DNA of 64,000 bases, from contig JBAYJV010000001.1 in the NCBI GenBank assembly GCA_041664925.1, positions 213,438 through 277,437 of the forward strand. Direction: 5' to 3'. Shown in pieces: positions 8,266 through 17,070 of this stretch (the first letter of the stretch is position 1; every line of letters starts with the position of its first letter). The stretch comes from Minisyncoccota bacterium. Lineage in GTDB: Bacteria; Patescibacteriota; Minisyncoccia; JBAYJV01. Both the position numbers and the translations under genes were made by a program. The notes under the pieces were generated by a model. That model was not told where the DNA came from, made no database searches, and saw nothing but the letters and a program-made list of their open reading frames with translations.

Positions 8266-10095
8266 TTATTCTACTGTTACTGATTTTGCCAAATTTCTCG
8301 GCTTATCAATGTCGCAACCACGCAACACCGCTACATAATAAGCAAATAATTGAAGAGGGATAACGCTTAAAATCGGCGTTAACATTTCAAGAGTTTTCGG
8401 AATATAAATAATGTCTTTAGTTATACTTTGTATTTTTTTATCTCCTTCGGTCGCAATCGCTAAAAATGGCCCTTTTCTTGCTTTAATTTCCTCCATAGCT
8501 GAAACTATTTTTTCATAAACACTGTCTTTGGGAGCTAAAAAGAAAGTCGGGAAATTTTCATCAATCAGAGCAATCGGACCGTGTTTCATTTCTCCAGCTG
8601 AATATCCTTCAGCGTGAATATAGGAAATTTCTTTAAGTTTCAATGCTCCTTCTTCTGCGACCGGAAAATTATATTTGCGTCCTAAATAAAAGAAGTCGTT
8701 GTAGTGACAATATTTTTTCGCTAAAGATTTAATAGTATTTTTTTTATCCAATACATTTTCTGCCAGTTCCGAAAGTTTGCCTAACTCATCAATAATTCTT
8801 CTTCCCATTACAAGTGACATATTTCTTTGCCTTCCTAAAAAGACCGTTAAAAGGGCTAGTACAACCAATTGAGATACAAATGCTTTTGTTGAAGCCACAC
8901 CGATTTCCGGACCAGCATGATTATAAATTCCCGCATCAGTTTCTCTGGCAATCGTCGATCCGACAACATTGATAATTCCCAAGGTTAGTACTCCTCTTCT
9001 TTTTGCTTCTCTTATTGCTAATAAAGTATCAATAGTTTCTCCTGATTGAGAAATTGCCAAGATAGCAGTATCTTCGTTCAAGATTGATTTTCGATAACGA
9101 AATTCAGAAGCATTTTCAACTTCGACAGGAATTTCCGCATACTCTTCAATCATGTATTTCCCAACCTTGCCCGCTAAAAGGGCAGTTCCCATGCCCAAAA
9201 TAATAATTCTTTTTATTTTCTTTAATCTGTCTTCCACTAGCTCTAATCCACCAAGTTTAACCATTCCATCTTTTGGAACAATTCTTCCTCTTATCGCATT
9301 CTCAATAACTTCTGGGATCTCATTCATTTCTTTCAACATAAAATGATCATATCCTGATTTCTTAGCCTGTCCAATGTCCCAATCAAGATAATTAGCTGAT
9401 CTTTCTATCTTTTTATTGTCAAGTGTTGAAAGAGAAAAATCTTTATCAGTAATTACTCCTATTTCTCCATCATTTAAATAGATAACTTTTCTGGTGTGAG
9501 CCAAAATTGCCGCTGCATCAGAGGCAATAAAGTTTTCGCCATCGCCCAATCCAACAATTAAAGGACTCGAGTTTCTGGCAAAAACGATTTTTTCAGGATC
9601 TCTTTTCGAAATTACAGCAATTGCATAGGCACCAATAACTTGCCTTAGTGATTTTTTAACCGCTTCTTCGAGAAGATTTTCAAAATTATCTTCGATAAGG
9701 TGAGTTAGAATTTCCGTATCTGTTTCGGTAATAAATTTGTGTCCTTTTTTTTGTAGTTTTTCTTTTATGGTTTTTGCGTTCTCTATAATGCCGTTATGAA
9801 CAAGATAAATTTCTTTTTTGCAATCCCATATGGGATGGGCATTTTTATCTGATGGCTCTCCGTGAGTCGCCCACCTGGTATGAGAAAGACCAGTATTGCC
9901 AGTAATTGTTTTTCCTGAAATTGTTCTTTCTAAATTCTCTATTCTTCCTTTCTTTTTATAACAACCGCCCTTGCCATTTTTACCAATTACAACTATGCCA
10001 GCTGAATCATAGCCACGATATTCAAGTCTTTTAATGCCTTCCATCAATATAGAAAAGGCTTGTTTTTTACCAACATAACCAACTATTCCACACAT
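8266..10095 (-). CDS. glmS: glutamine--fructose-6-phosphate aminotransferase
   Basis: MCGIVGY N-terminal nucleophile, two SIS domains, C-terminal VTVE. Confidence 0.9.
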   Translation of the reverse strand: MCGIVGYVGKKQAFSILMEGIKRLEYRGYDSAGIVVIGKNGKGGCYKKKGRIENLERTISGKTITGNTGLSHTRWATHGEPSDKNAHPIWDCKKEIYLVHNGIIENAKTIKEKLQKKGHKFITETDTEILTHLIEDNFENLLEEAVKKSLRQVIGAYAIAVISKRDPEKIVFARNSSPLIVGLGDGENFIASDAAAILAHTRKVIYLNDGEIGVITDKDFSLSTLDNKKIERSANYLDWDIGQAKKSGYDHFMLKEMNEIPEVIENAIRGRIVPKDGMVKLGGLELVEDRLKKIKRIIILGMGTALLAGKVGKYMIEEYAEIPVEVENASEFRYRKSILNEDTAILAISQSGETIDTLLAIREAKRRGVLTLGIINVVGSTIARETDAGIYNHAGPEIGVASTKAFVSQLVVLALLTVFLGRQRNMSLVMGRRIIDELGKLSELAENVLDKKNTIKSLAKKYCHYNDFFYLGRKYNFPVAEEGALKLKEISYIHAEGYSAGEMKHGPIALIDENFPTFFLAPKDSVYEKIVSAMEEIKARKGPFLAIATEGDKKIQSITKDIIYIPKTLEMLTPILSVIPLQLFAYYVAVLRGCDIDKPRNLAKSVTVE

Positions 10096-10200
10096 GTTAG
10101 AATTTTTTGATGAATAAAATGAATCTTAAAAATTCTTACACCCTTCCGTAGTCCCGGCTTGCCGGGACGAAGGAGGATTACAATAACTAAAAATTGAAAA
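10096..10200 (-). promoter_or_regulatory. degenerate copy of the leader family in front of glmS (CCTTCG-GTCCCGGCAAGCCGGGAC-TACGGAAGG hairpin, GTAAGAATTTTTAAG..., ...AAATTCTAACATG), no GGAGG
   Basis: direct reading of the minus strand. Confidence 0.45.
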
Positions 10201-10294
10201 TTGAAAATTTAAAATTGCTTCTTTTCCCATTATATATCCCAACTTCAAAAGCACAATAAAAAAAGGCCCGTTAACTTTTAACGGACCTGATTTT

Positions 10295-10549
10295 CTACTG
10301 AAGAACTTGTTCTGGCAACACAATATCAATCTCAACTGGGATTCCTAGTTCTCTGAATCTTCTTATGAAACAATCAAGTGCGCTTGGTAAGCCAGACCCC
10401 TCTGAAGAAGCAGAGCATTCTTCAAGCCTGTTTACTACAGCCAAAACATCGTCTTCTCTGTGCCCTTTTTGAGCAAGATGTCTTTCCGCGGCTTCTCTCA
10501 GATGATCAAAGCCACCTTCTGCAATAACTCTCACGCCTTCCCCGTCCAT
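10295..10549 (-). CDS. hypothetical 84-aa protein (higher G+C)
   Basis: SD ...CTCTAAGAGAGGAGGG-5-ATG; terminator hairpin GGTCCGTTAAAAGTTAACGGGCC + T run at 10262-10292. Confidence 0.5.
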   Translation of the reverse strand: MDGEGVRVIAEGGFDHLREAAERHLAQKGHREDDVLAVVNRLEECSASSEGSGLPSALDCFIRRFRELGIPVEIDIVLPEQVLQ

Positions 10550-10660
10550 TTTTCCCTCCTCTCTTAGAGTTTTTTCTTGAGCTCTGCGAAAGTTAAAAAT
10601 TCTTAGATCCTGAGCGTAGTCGAAGGACTACATTAATTCAATTCAAGAACTTACATTCTC
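10550..10660 (-). promoter_or_regulatory. leader-family variant (AAGTTCTTG..., GTAGTCCTTCGACTAC hairpin, GCTCAGGATCTAAGAATTTTTAAC..., CTCTAAGAGAGGAGG)
   Basis: direct reading. Confidence 0.5.
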
Positions 10661-10852
10661 TCAAAGAACTTAGTATGAGCTATTCATACTTCGTATGATA
10701 CTATCATACAATTAGATCTTTTCTTCGTCAATATTGGGTTATCCACAGGGTACCGTATGGTACCCCGCAAGCAGAGTAAATAAAAAAAGAATCTTCCGAT
10801 TCCTGCAATATTTATTCTAAATTCTAGCTTTTAAATTCTATATTCTCACAAA

Positions 10853-11689
10853 TTACTCTTTCCACTCTCGAATCGCTTTAGCGTAAGTTTCGGGTGTGCC
10901 AATATCAAACCATCTTCCTGATAATAAATATCCGTAAAAATTATTTTCTTGAATTAACTTGGGAAAAATTTCCTTTTCAATGCTGATTGTCTGGGAATTC
11001 ATATAGTCAAAAATTTCGTATTGAAAAACAAAAATACCAGCATTGACTACATAAGACTGAATATTCTTTTTTGCTGGTTTCTCTGAAAATTCTTTTACCC
11101 GCGATCCTTCCAGTTTAACCGTTCCCAACCCCATTGGATCGGATACCGATGAAAGTGCAATTGTTCCCAACGCTTTATTTGAAATATGGAAATCAATTAA
11201 ATCGTCTATATTAACATCGGCAATTTCGTCAATGTACCAGAGTAAAAATGGTTCTTGTTTAATAAACGGCTTAACAGCCAATAAGGCTGGCGCCGTTCCT
11301 TTTTCTTTCTTGTCGTCAATATAAATGATATTAACGCCAAATCTTTCACCGTTTCCAAAGTAGGCTTTTATTTTTTCTCCCAAAGTTCCAACAACGATAT
11401 AAATATTTTTTATATTATAACCTCTGAGATAATTAATCGTGTGTTCCAAGATCGGCTTGCCCTTGATCGGAATAAGCGCTTTAGGAATTTCGTAAGTCAA
11501 AGGTCTCCAGCGCACGCCCTTTCCAGCAGCCAAAATTACCGCCTGATTAATGCTCGGCCTTAAGCTCTTGGCAATCAAAGATTCGATGGCATGAGATCGA
11601 TTGCGGACTTTTTCGCCATCAACCAATCCATCAATTTTGCCAAGCAATTTTTCGTCTAATGTAATTGTAATGCGTGATTTTTTTGTCAT
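10853..11689 (-). CDS. sugar-phosphate nucleotidyltransferase with N-terminal ribbon-helix-helix (CopG-like) domain
   Basis: N-terminal ITLDEKLLGKID...RNRSHAIESLI (RHH), then LAAGKGVRWRPLT...IPKALIP NTP-transferase motif. Confidence 0.6.
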   Translation of the reverse strand: MTKKSRITITLDEKLLGKIDGLVDGEKVRNRSHAIESLIAKSLRPSINQAVILAAGKGVRWRPLTYEIPKALIPIKGKPILEHTINYLRGYNIKNIYIVVGTLGEKIKAYFGNGERFGVNIIYIDDKKEKGTAPALLAVKPFIKQEPFLLWYIDEIADVNIDDLIDFHISNKALGTIALSSVSDPMGLGTVKLEGSRVKEFSEKPAKKNIQSYVVNAGIFVFQYEIFDYMNSQTISIEKEIFPKLIQENNFYGYLLSGRWFDIGTPETYAKAIREWKE

Positions 11690-11796
11690 ACTTTTTCTTA
11701 TCTATATCTTGCCATAATTTAAAAAATATACAAGCGATTTTGTCATTCTGAGAAACTGAAGAATCCCGCGTATCTTGAGTAGTGTTAATTTTACTT

Positions 11797-11826
11797 GACA
11801 TCTGATAAGAATGTGATAATATATAA
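11797..11826 (+). promoter_or_regulatory. sigma70-like promoter TTGACA-16-TAATAT
   Basis: hexamers read directly; followed by SD AAAGGAGG and ATG at 11851. Confidence 0.5.
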
Positions 11827-11850
11827 GCAAGTGAGAGAAAAGGAGGAGAA

Positions 11851-12243
11851 ATGAGTCGAGAAATTGTCCAAGCGGGATTAACAGGATTTGTTGGACCGAT
11901 TGAACATAGCCTGCTCGATGCCCTAAACAATGCCTGGGATAACCGCACTTCGAGAGATGAAGATGGTTTAAAGAATACGCTTAGTAAGAAAATACAGAGT
12001 TTCGTTGGTCCTTTATTTAGAATAGCTACTAGTGACGGATATAAATGGTTCTGGGCAGCCAATTTCAAAATTGGCGCTGGGAAGTTAGTGTTGCTTTTCC
12101 CTTGGAGCCAAGATTGGAAGAAAAAAGACAGATCTCAGATGGACCGATCAATCGGTATTTATACAGAAGGAGAAGTTGACGACGACGCACTAAACACAGT
12201 TCTTGTTCAAATCATTAGGGCTCTTGAAAGACCAACAAGATAA
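11851..12243 (+). CDS. hypothetical 130-aa protein (G+C-richer cassette gene)
   Basis: own promoter, SD and terminator. Confidence 0.5.
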   Translation: MSREIVQAGLTGFVGPIEHSLLDALNNAWDNRTSRDEDGLKNTLSKKIQSFVGPLFRIATSDGYKWFWAANFKIGAGKLVLLFPWSQDWKKKDRSQMDRSIGIYTEGEVDDDALNTVLVQIIRALERPTR

Positions 12244-12249
12244 GAATCC

Positions 12250-12308
12250 AGAAGGAGCAGAAGAAATCTGCTCCTTTTTTTAATTTATTGAAGTCCGACT
12301 TCGATAAA
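12250..12308 (+). terminator. terminator module: GAAGGAGCagaagaaatcTGCTCCTTTTTTT followed by hairpin TTGAAG-TCCGA-CTTCGAT (direct-repeat copy A)
   Basis: near-identical to 12959-13016. Confidence 0.7.
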
Positions 12309-12420
12309 CGCATTATCCTAAGTATAGCGAAAAATCTCGCGTTTAGTTATTTCCCTTAAAATTCTTCCTCCTACAACGCTACAACATAGAGTCAGGATGA
12401 CAAAAAAAGCACATAATTAT

Positions 12421-12448
12421 TTGACATTAAAAATTATTATGATAAGAT
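12421..12448 (+). promoter_or_regulatory. sigma70-like promoter TTGACA-16-TAAGAT
   Basis: hexamers read directly. Confidence 0.5.
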
Positions 12449-12475
12449 AAAAACCGAACGGATAAAGGAGGCGTC

Positions 12476-12955
12476 ATGAAACAACCAAGTTCGGTCGAAA
12501 AAAACACTCCAATGGCTTTAATCCGCCAGAACCTGTTTGGATGGCTTGATAAAAAGGATTGGACGACACAAGAGCTAGTCGATTGGCTTACTGGTTACAA
12601 ACTCTTAGAAATCTTAAACACAGGATGCGACGACGAACCATATGGCTTAATCGTAAAAGCGCTTGAAGATGGAGTCGAGAGAAATCGGAAAAGACTCCTC
12701 AAGGATGAATTAGCGAGAAGAATCGCTAAACTCCTTAATGAAGGACCAGATGTTAACGGACCATGCGCGTCTCAGATAAGAAATGATCAATTGCTTTATA
12801 ATTTGCTTTTATTAGCAGCTTGCATAAAACGTTATCGAACTCTCCAAAGACCTCTTTGTGATATGCGACAACGAGGCAAATTAATAAACAGAAATTACTT
12901 AGCCATTAGTCTAAAGAGACTCCTTGATGATGCAATCTCACATCAATACAAGTAG
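12476..12955 (+). CDS. hypothetical 159-aa protein (cassette gene)
   Basis: SD AAAGGAGG; flanked by ~58-nt direct repeats. Confidence 0.5.
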   Translation: MKQPSSVEKNTPMALIRQNLFGWLDKKDWTTQELVDWLTGYKLLEILNTGCDDEPYGLIVKALEDGVERNRKRLLKDELARRIAKLLNEGPDVNGPCASQIRNDQLLYNLLLLAACIKRYRTLQRPLCDMRQRGKLINRNYLAISLKRLLDDAISHQYK

Positions 12956-12958
12956 AAT

Positions 12959-13016
12959 AGAAGGAGCAGAAAGAGTCTGCTCCTTTTTTAATTTATCGAA
13001 GTCCGACTTCGATAAA
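12959..13016 (+). terminator. terminator module, direct-repeat copy B (GAAGGAGCagaaagagtcTGCTCCTTTTTT + ATCGAAG-TCCGA-CTTCGAT)
   Basis: see 12250-12308. Confidence 0.7.
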
Positions 13017-13024
13017 TTATCTCC

Positions 13025-13094
13025 AATATTGACAAATAATAAACCTTGTTTTAGGATTGGGACAGTTCTTAAAAAATCTAACAAAGGAGAAAAG
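13025..13094 (+). promoter_or_regulatory. promoter TTGACA-17-TAGGAT and minimal leader (AGTTCTTAAAAAATCTAACAAAGGAG)
   Basis: direct reading. Confidence 0.5.
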
Positions 13095-13589
13095 ATGAAT
13101 GAAAGAAGAAAGACAAAGAAAGAGATTCGAGCAGAGTACGAAAGAAAATGGACTCTGGTAATGGCTCGATGGCTTGGCAGATTTGTCAGGAAGCCCAAAA
13201 ATAATGGTGATATCTTCGTGGGAATTTTCGGCGGCGAAATCGAAATATTTAAAAGACCTGTATATATGACAGATCTCCAAATATCAAAATTGTCGCCACT
13301 GGCTCAGGTAAAAGAAGAAACTAGAATACGGATGAAAAAATTTCCACCATCAGGAAAAAGATGGAACCCATTTAATGATTTCACTCCATGGATGGGTCCA
13401 AAAGGATTGCTTAAGAAAATTAGGACAACAGGTCTTTTGAATGTCTTTCTGGCAAAACTTGATCTTAGCAACCAACTTAATGGTATCGAAGAACTCTTTG
13501 GTTGGTTGGAAAATGATCCAAGTGTATTGGCAAAACTTATGGCCGAAGCGCTTGTCGAGATTCTCGAAGAAAAAAGTTTAAAGCCATAA
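13095..13589 (+). CDS. hypothetical 164-aa basic protein (start MNERRKT; the longer track ORF begins upstream of the promoter)
   Basis: promoter and SD positions. Confidence 0.5.
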   Translation: MNERRKTKKEIRAEYERKWTLVMARWLGRFVRKPKNNGDIFVGIFGGEIEIFKRPVYMTDLQISKLSPLAQVKEETRIRMKKFPPSGKRWNPFNDFTPWMGPKGLLKKIRTTGLLNVFLAKLDLSNQLNGIEELFGWLENDPSVLAKLMAEALVEILEEKSLKP

Positions 13590-13615
13590 TCGTTTGTTTC
13601 CAAAAGGAGGAAAGA

Positions 13616-13948
13616 ATGACACATGAATGGATGAAAGGGATCAGAGGGCTTGAAGTAGAAGCTGGTGCGCCGGCAAGGCTTTGGTATCCTGGAACAGGAG
13701 ACGGAATAAAGATCAGTGGAAAATTTGTGATTACTTTTGAAAACGGAGAAACGCTCGTGGGCATTTGGGAGATTTATTCTTCTCAAATGTATTTAAAAAC
13801 TAGTGATGGAAAACGCATAAGGAAAGATCATTCTTTGATCAGTCAAGCATTGCGCATAGAAATTGCAAATAGAGTTAATGAAGTCTGCAGAGTTTCATTT
13901 ACCACAATGATTCTTGAGAGTGCAATAAACGCAGAGCTTATCGATTAG
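13616..13948 (+). CDS. hypothetical 110-aa protein, probably co-transcribed with 13095-13589
   Basis: SD AAAAGGAGG; no intervening terminator. Confidence 0.5.
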   Translation: MTHEWMKGIRGLEVEAGAPARLWYPGTGDGIKISGKFVITFENGETLVGIWEIYSSQMYLKTSDGKRIRKDHSLISQALRIEIANRVNEVCRVSFTTMILESAINAELID

Positions 13949-13968
13949 TAAAAGAACAAATAGAAACA

Positions 13969-13998
13969 CAGAAGGAGCGAATAGTCGCTCCTTTTTTT
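13969..13998 (+). terminator. terminator GAAGGAGCgaatagtcGCTCCTTTTTTT (third member of the GAAGGAGC family)
   Basis: direct reading. Confidence 0.7.
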
Positions 13999-14176
13999 CA
14001 TTTTTTACCCAAGAATAAATGATTGGTTGTAAAAAATAGAACCCGCCTTTGGCGGGTATTACCAATCAAAATCGGAGGCTAAGCCTCCGATTTCTTATCT
14101 TACAACAAAATTAATCAATTTATCTTTCACCCCGCAAAATTCATTGCATTCATCGCGGGGCAAGCAAAAATCTAGA

Positions 14177-16840
14177 TCACTTAACTACAAAGTTTATTAG
14201 TTTATCCTGAACGTAGATCACTTTGACGATTTCCTTATCTCTCGTCCAGCCAATAATTTTTGAAGAAGAAAGCGCTTTTTCTTTTGCCTCTGATTCTGAA
14301 ATACCAATCGGACACTCAATCATTTCTCTGACTTTCCCATTCACCTGAACAACCAAACTAAATACGTCTTTTTTAATTAATTTTTCGTCATACTTCGGCC
14401 AAGGCTCTTCTGAAATTGACCTGAAATTAGAATTTGTTTCGGATTTCGGATTTCGGATTTCGGATTTGAGGAGTTGATATAACTCCTCTGTGATATGAGG
14501 CGCAAATGGTGAAAGGATTATTAAGAATTTTTCAAAAACTTCTTGTGCTAAATCCTTCGCTTTTTCAATTTCATTCAAAAAGATCATCATTTGAGAAACT
14601 GCCGTATTAAACTTCATCTGCTCAATGTCTTCCCCGACTTTCTTAATCGTCTGATTTAATAATCTTTCTAAATCTTTTGATTCCTGACCTTGAATCTTTG
14701 ATCCATGTTTTTCGCTTTTCGCTTTAAGCTTTACGCTTTCTCCTAAGTCCCAAACCCTACTCAAAAATCTATTCACTCCAATAACACTTTTCCCTTCCCA
14801 CGGAATTGCTTGATCAAATGGCCCCATAAACATTTCATAAAGCCTGACTGTGTCAGCTCCATATTCTTTTACGTAATCATCGGGATTAATGACATTGCCT
14901 TTTGACTTTGACATCTTAATTCCGCCCTCGCCCAAAATCATGCCATGAGCGGTTCTTTTTTTATAAGGCTCCGGTCCGCATTCTCTTGGAACTGCTCCAA
15001 TATCATAAAGAAATTTATAAATAAATCTTGAATATAATAAATGCAGTGTTGTATGCTCCATCCCGCCATTGTACCAATCAACCGGAGTCCAATATTTCAT
15101 TTGTTTCGTATTTCGTATTTCGAATTTCGAATTTTCGCTTATAGTATAAGCGATGTAGTACCAATTAGAACCCGCCCAGTTGGGCATGACATCGGTTTCT
15201 CGCCTTGCCTCGCAACCGCATTTTGGACATTTTACCTTGACCCAGTCTTTTGCCTTTGCCAATGGCGAGTCACCATCTTTCGTTGGTATAAAATCTTTAA
15301 TTTCCGGTAATTCAATCGGCAAATCTTTTTCTGGCACCGCAACCCAGCCAGGATTCAGAATTTCTCCTTCGTTGTGTTTCGTATTTCGTATTTCGTATTT
15401 CGTATTTTCCATTAATTTTTTGCACTTCGGGCAAAATATTAATGGAATCGGTTCTCCCCAATATCTTTGTCTTGAGAAAATCCAATCGCGCAAATGGTAA
15501 TTGATTGTTTTATCTCCTAATTTATTTTCCTTTAGCCAAGCGATTATTTTTTTCTGCGCTTCTTTGGTTTCAAGTCCATTCAAAAAACCAGAATTAATAT
15601 TAATGCCATCGCCCTCGTAAGCTTCGCTTTCCGCGAAGTTAGAATTTTGAATTTTGAATTTTGAATTTGTTTCGGATTTCGGATTTCGGATTTCGGATTT
15701 TAAATCATCCGTCGGCTTTACCACAATTTCGATCGGCAAATTATATCGCTTCGCGAATGCGTAATCACGAGTATCGTGTCCCGGTACTGCCATAATTGCC
15801 CCTGTTCCATAATCCATTGAAACATAATCTGCTATAAAAACAGGAATTTCTTTTTTTGTTGCTGGATTAATTGCCTTAATTCCCTTAATCTCAACTCCCG
15901 TTTTTTTCAACCCAAGGTTGACCAGCCTCGGGCTGGCTTTTTTTATATCACTAATATACTTTTCAATTTCTTCATAATTTTCGATTAACGATTCACTATT
16001 AACGATTAACGAATGATCAGGAGCAATCACCAAAAATGTCGCCCCAAAAATCGTATCTGCTCTTGTTGTGAATACCTCCAAATAGTTTTGGTCATTTGGA
16101 TTTAAATTATTAGATATTGTTTCGGATTTCTGATTTCGGATTTCGAATTTAATGCTTGCTCCTTCCGATCTACCAATCCAATTAATTTGCTGATTCTTGA
16201 TTCGATCCAAATAGTCAACATTTTTTAAATCATCGATCAGTCGATCAGCATATTTAGTAATTTTTAGAATCCATTGTTCACGTTCTTTTTTTATAACTTC
16301 GCTTCCGCATCTTTCACAAACTCCACCAACCACCTCCTCATTAGCTAAGCCAATTTTGCAGCTTGTGCACCAATTAATATTTTCTTTCGCTTTATAAGCT
16401 AAGCCATGTTTGAATAATTGGAGGAATATCCACTGGGTCCATTTATAGTATTCCGGATCGGAAGTTGAAAGCACTCGCGACCAATCAAAAGAAAATCCCA
16501 AAGATTTTAATTGCCTTGTGAAAATAGCAATATTTTCTTTGGTAATAATTTTAGGATTAACTTTTCTTTTTATGGCATAATTTTCTGTCGGTAGCCCAAA
16601 AGAATCAAAACCAATGGGATAAAGAACCGAATATCCTTCCATTCGGCGTTTTCGGCAAATAATATCCATCGCGGTATAGCTTCGTGGATGACCAGTATGA
16701 AGCCCATCTCCAGACGGATAAGGAAATTCTACTAAACCATAAAACTTCTTTTTTTCCTTATTTTCTTTAGCGTGAAAAATTCCTGTCTTTTCCCAAATAG
16801 CTTGCCACTTCTTTTCAATTTTTTCCGGATCGTAAGGCAT
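14177..16840 (-). CDS. leuS: leucine--tRNA ligase carrying five in-frame low-complexity insertions
   Basis: HTGHPRSYT (HIGH-like) and KMSKSKGN motifs; CP1 editing domain; start taken at MPYDPEKIEKKWQ. Confidence 0.9.
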   Translation of the reverse strand: MPYDPEKIEKKWQAIWEKTGIFHAKENKEKKKFYGLVEFPYPSGDGLHTGHPRSYTAMDIICRKRRMEGYSVLYPIGFDSFGLPTENYAIKRKVNPKIITKENIAIFTRQLKSLGFSFDWSRVLSTSDPEYYKWTQWIFLQLFKHGLAYKAKENINWCTSCKIGLANEEVVGGVCERCGSEVIKKEREQWILKITKYADRLIDDLKNVDYLDRIKNQQINWIGRSEGASIKFEIRNQKSETISNNLNPNDQNYLEVFTTRADTIFGATFLVIAPDHSLIVNSESLIENYEEIEKYISDIKKASPRLVNLGLKKTGVEIKGIKAINPATKKEIPVFIADYVSMDYGTGAIMAVPGHDTRDYAFAKRYNLPIEIVVKPTDDLKSEIRNPKSETNSKFKIQNSNFAESEAYEGDGININSGFLNGLETKEAQKKIIAWLKENKLGDKTINYHLRDWIFSRQRYWGEPIPLIFCPKCKKLMENTKYEIRNTKHNEGEILNPGWVAVPEKDLPIELPEIKDFIPTKDGDSPLAKAKDWVKVKCPKCGCEARRETDVMPNWAGSNWYYIAYTISENSKFEIRNTKQMKYWTPVDWYNGGMEHTTLHLLYSRFIYKFLYDIGAVPRECGPEPYKKRTAHGMILGEGGIKMSKSKGNVINPDDYVKEYGADTVRLYEMFMGPFDQAIPWEGKSVIGVNRFLSRVWDLGESVKLKAKSEKHGSKIQGQESKDLERLLNQTIKKVGEDIEQMKFNTAVSQMMIFLNEIEKAKDLAQEVFEKFLIILSPFAPHITEELYQLLKSEIRNPKSETNSNFRSISEEPWPKYDEKLIKKDVFSLVVQVNGKVREMIECPIGISESEAKEKALSSSKIIGWTRDKEIVKVIYVQDKLINFVVK
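14436..14467. repeat. heptamer microsatellite (TTTCGGA)n inside leuS, encoding SEIRNPKSETNS
   Basis: direct reading. Confidence 0.8.
15104..15137. repeat. heptamer microsatellite (TTTCGTA/TTTCGAA)n inside leuS, encoding FEIRNTK
   Basis: direct reading. Confidence 0.8.
15376..15408. repeat. heptamer microsatellite (TTTCGTA)4 inside leuS, encoding YEIRNTKHNE
   Basis: direct reading. Confidence 0.8.
15643..15703. repeat. (GAATTTT)3 + (TTTCGGA)4 inside leuS, encoding SEIRNPKSETNSKFKIQNSNF
   Basis: direct reading. Confidence 0.8.
16119..16150. repeat. heptamer microsatellite (TTTCGGA/TTTCTGA)n inside leuS, encoding FEIRNQKSETISNN
   Basis: direct reading. Confidence 0.8.
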
Positions 16841-17070
16841 AATGATTAACTCAAAAATCAAATCTTAAAACTCAAAGCCAAAACCCAAAACTATTAAGCT
16901 ATTTATTTTTTAGATTTAAGTTATGGTTTTAACTTTTGAATTTTAAGCTTTAAGTTTAACTTAATAATATCATAATATAGTACTATATTATCTAAATTTG
17001 CTTAAAAAGAAAAGAGCGCAGCTTTTACTACGCTCTTTATGTCTAATGATTTTTATTTCCTCTTCTAAGA

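Noticed and set aside
10096-10294. glmS ribozyme upstream of glmS
   Set aside because: No conserved glmS-ribozyme core is visible. The region instead aligns to the leader-module family.
13017-13786. Minus-strand ORFs 13017-13280, 13304-13786 and 13537-13764
   Set aside because: Antisense to the promoter-equipped + strand cassette genes 13095-13589 and 13616-13948. No start signals.
15041-15500. + strand ORFs 15041-15310 and 15180-15500
   Set aside because: Fully antisense to leuS. They consist largely of translated heptamer repeats (FEFRIF, SYFVFRISYF).
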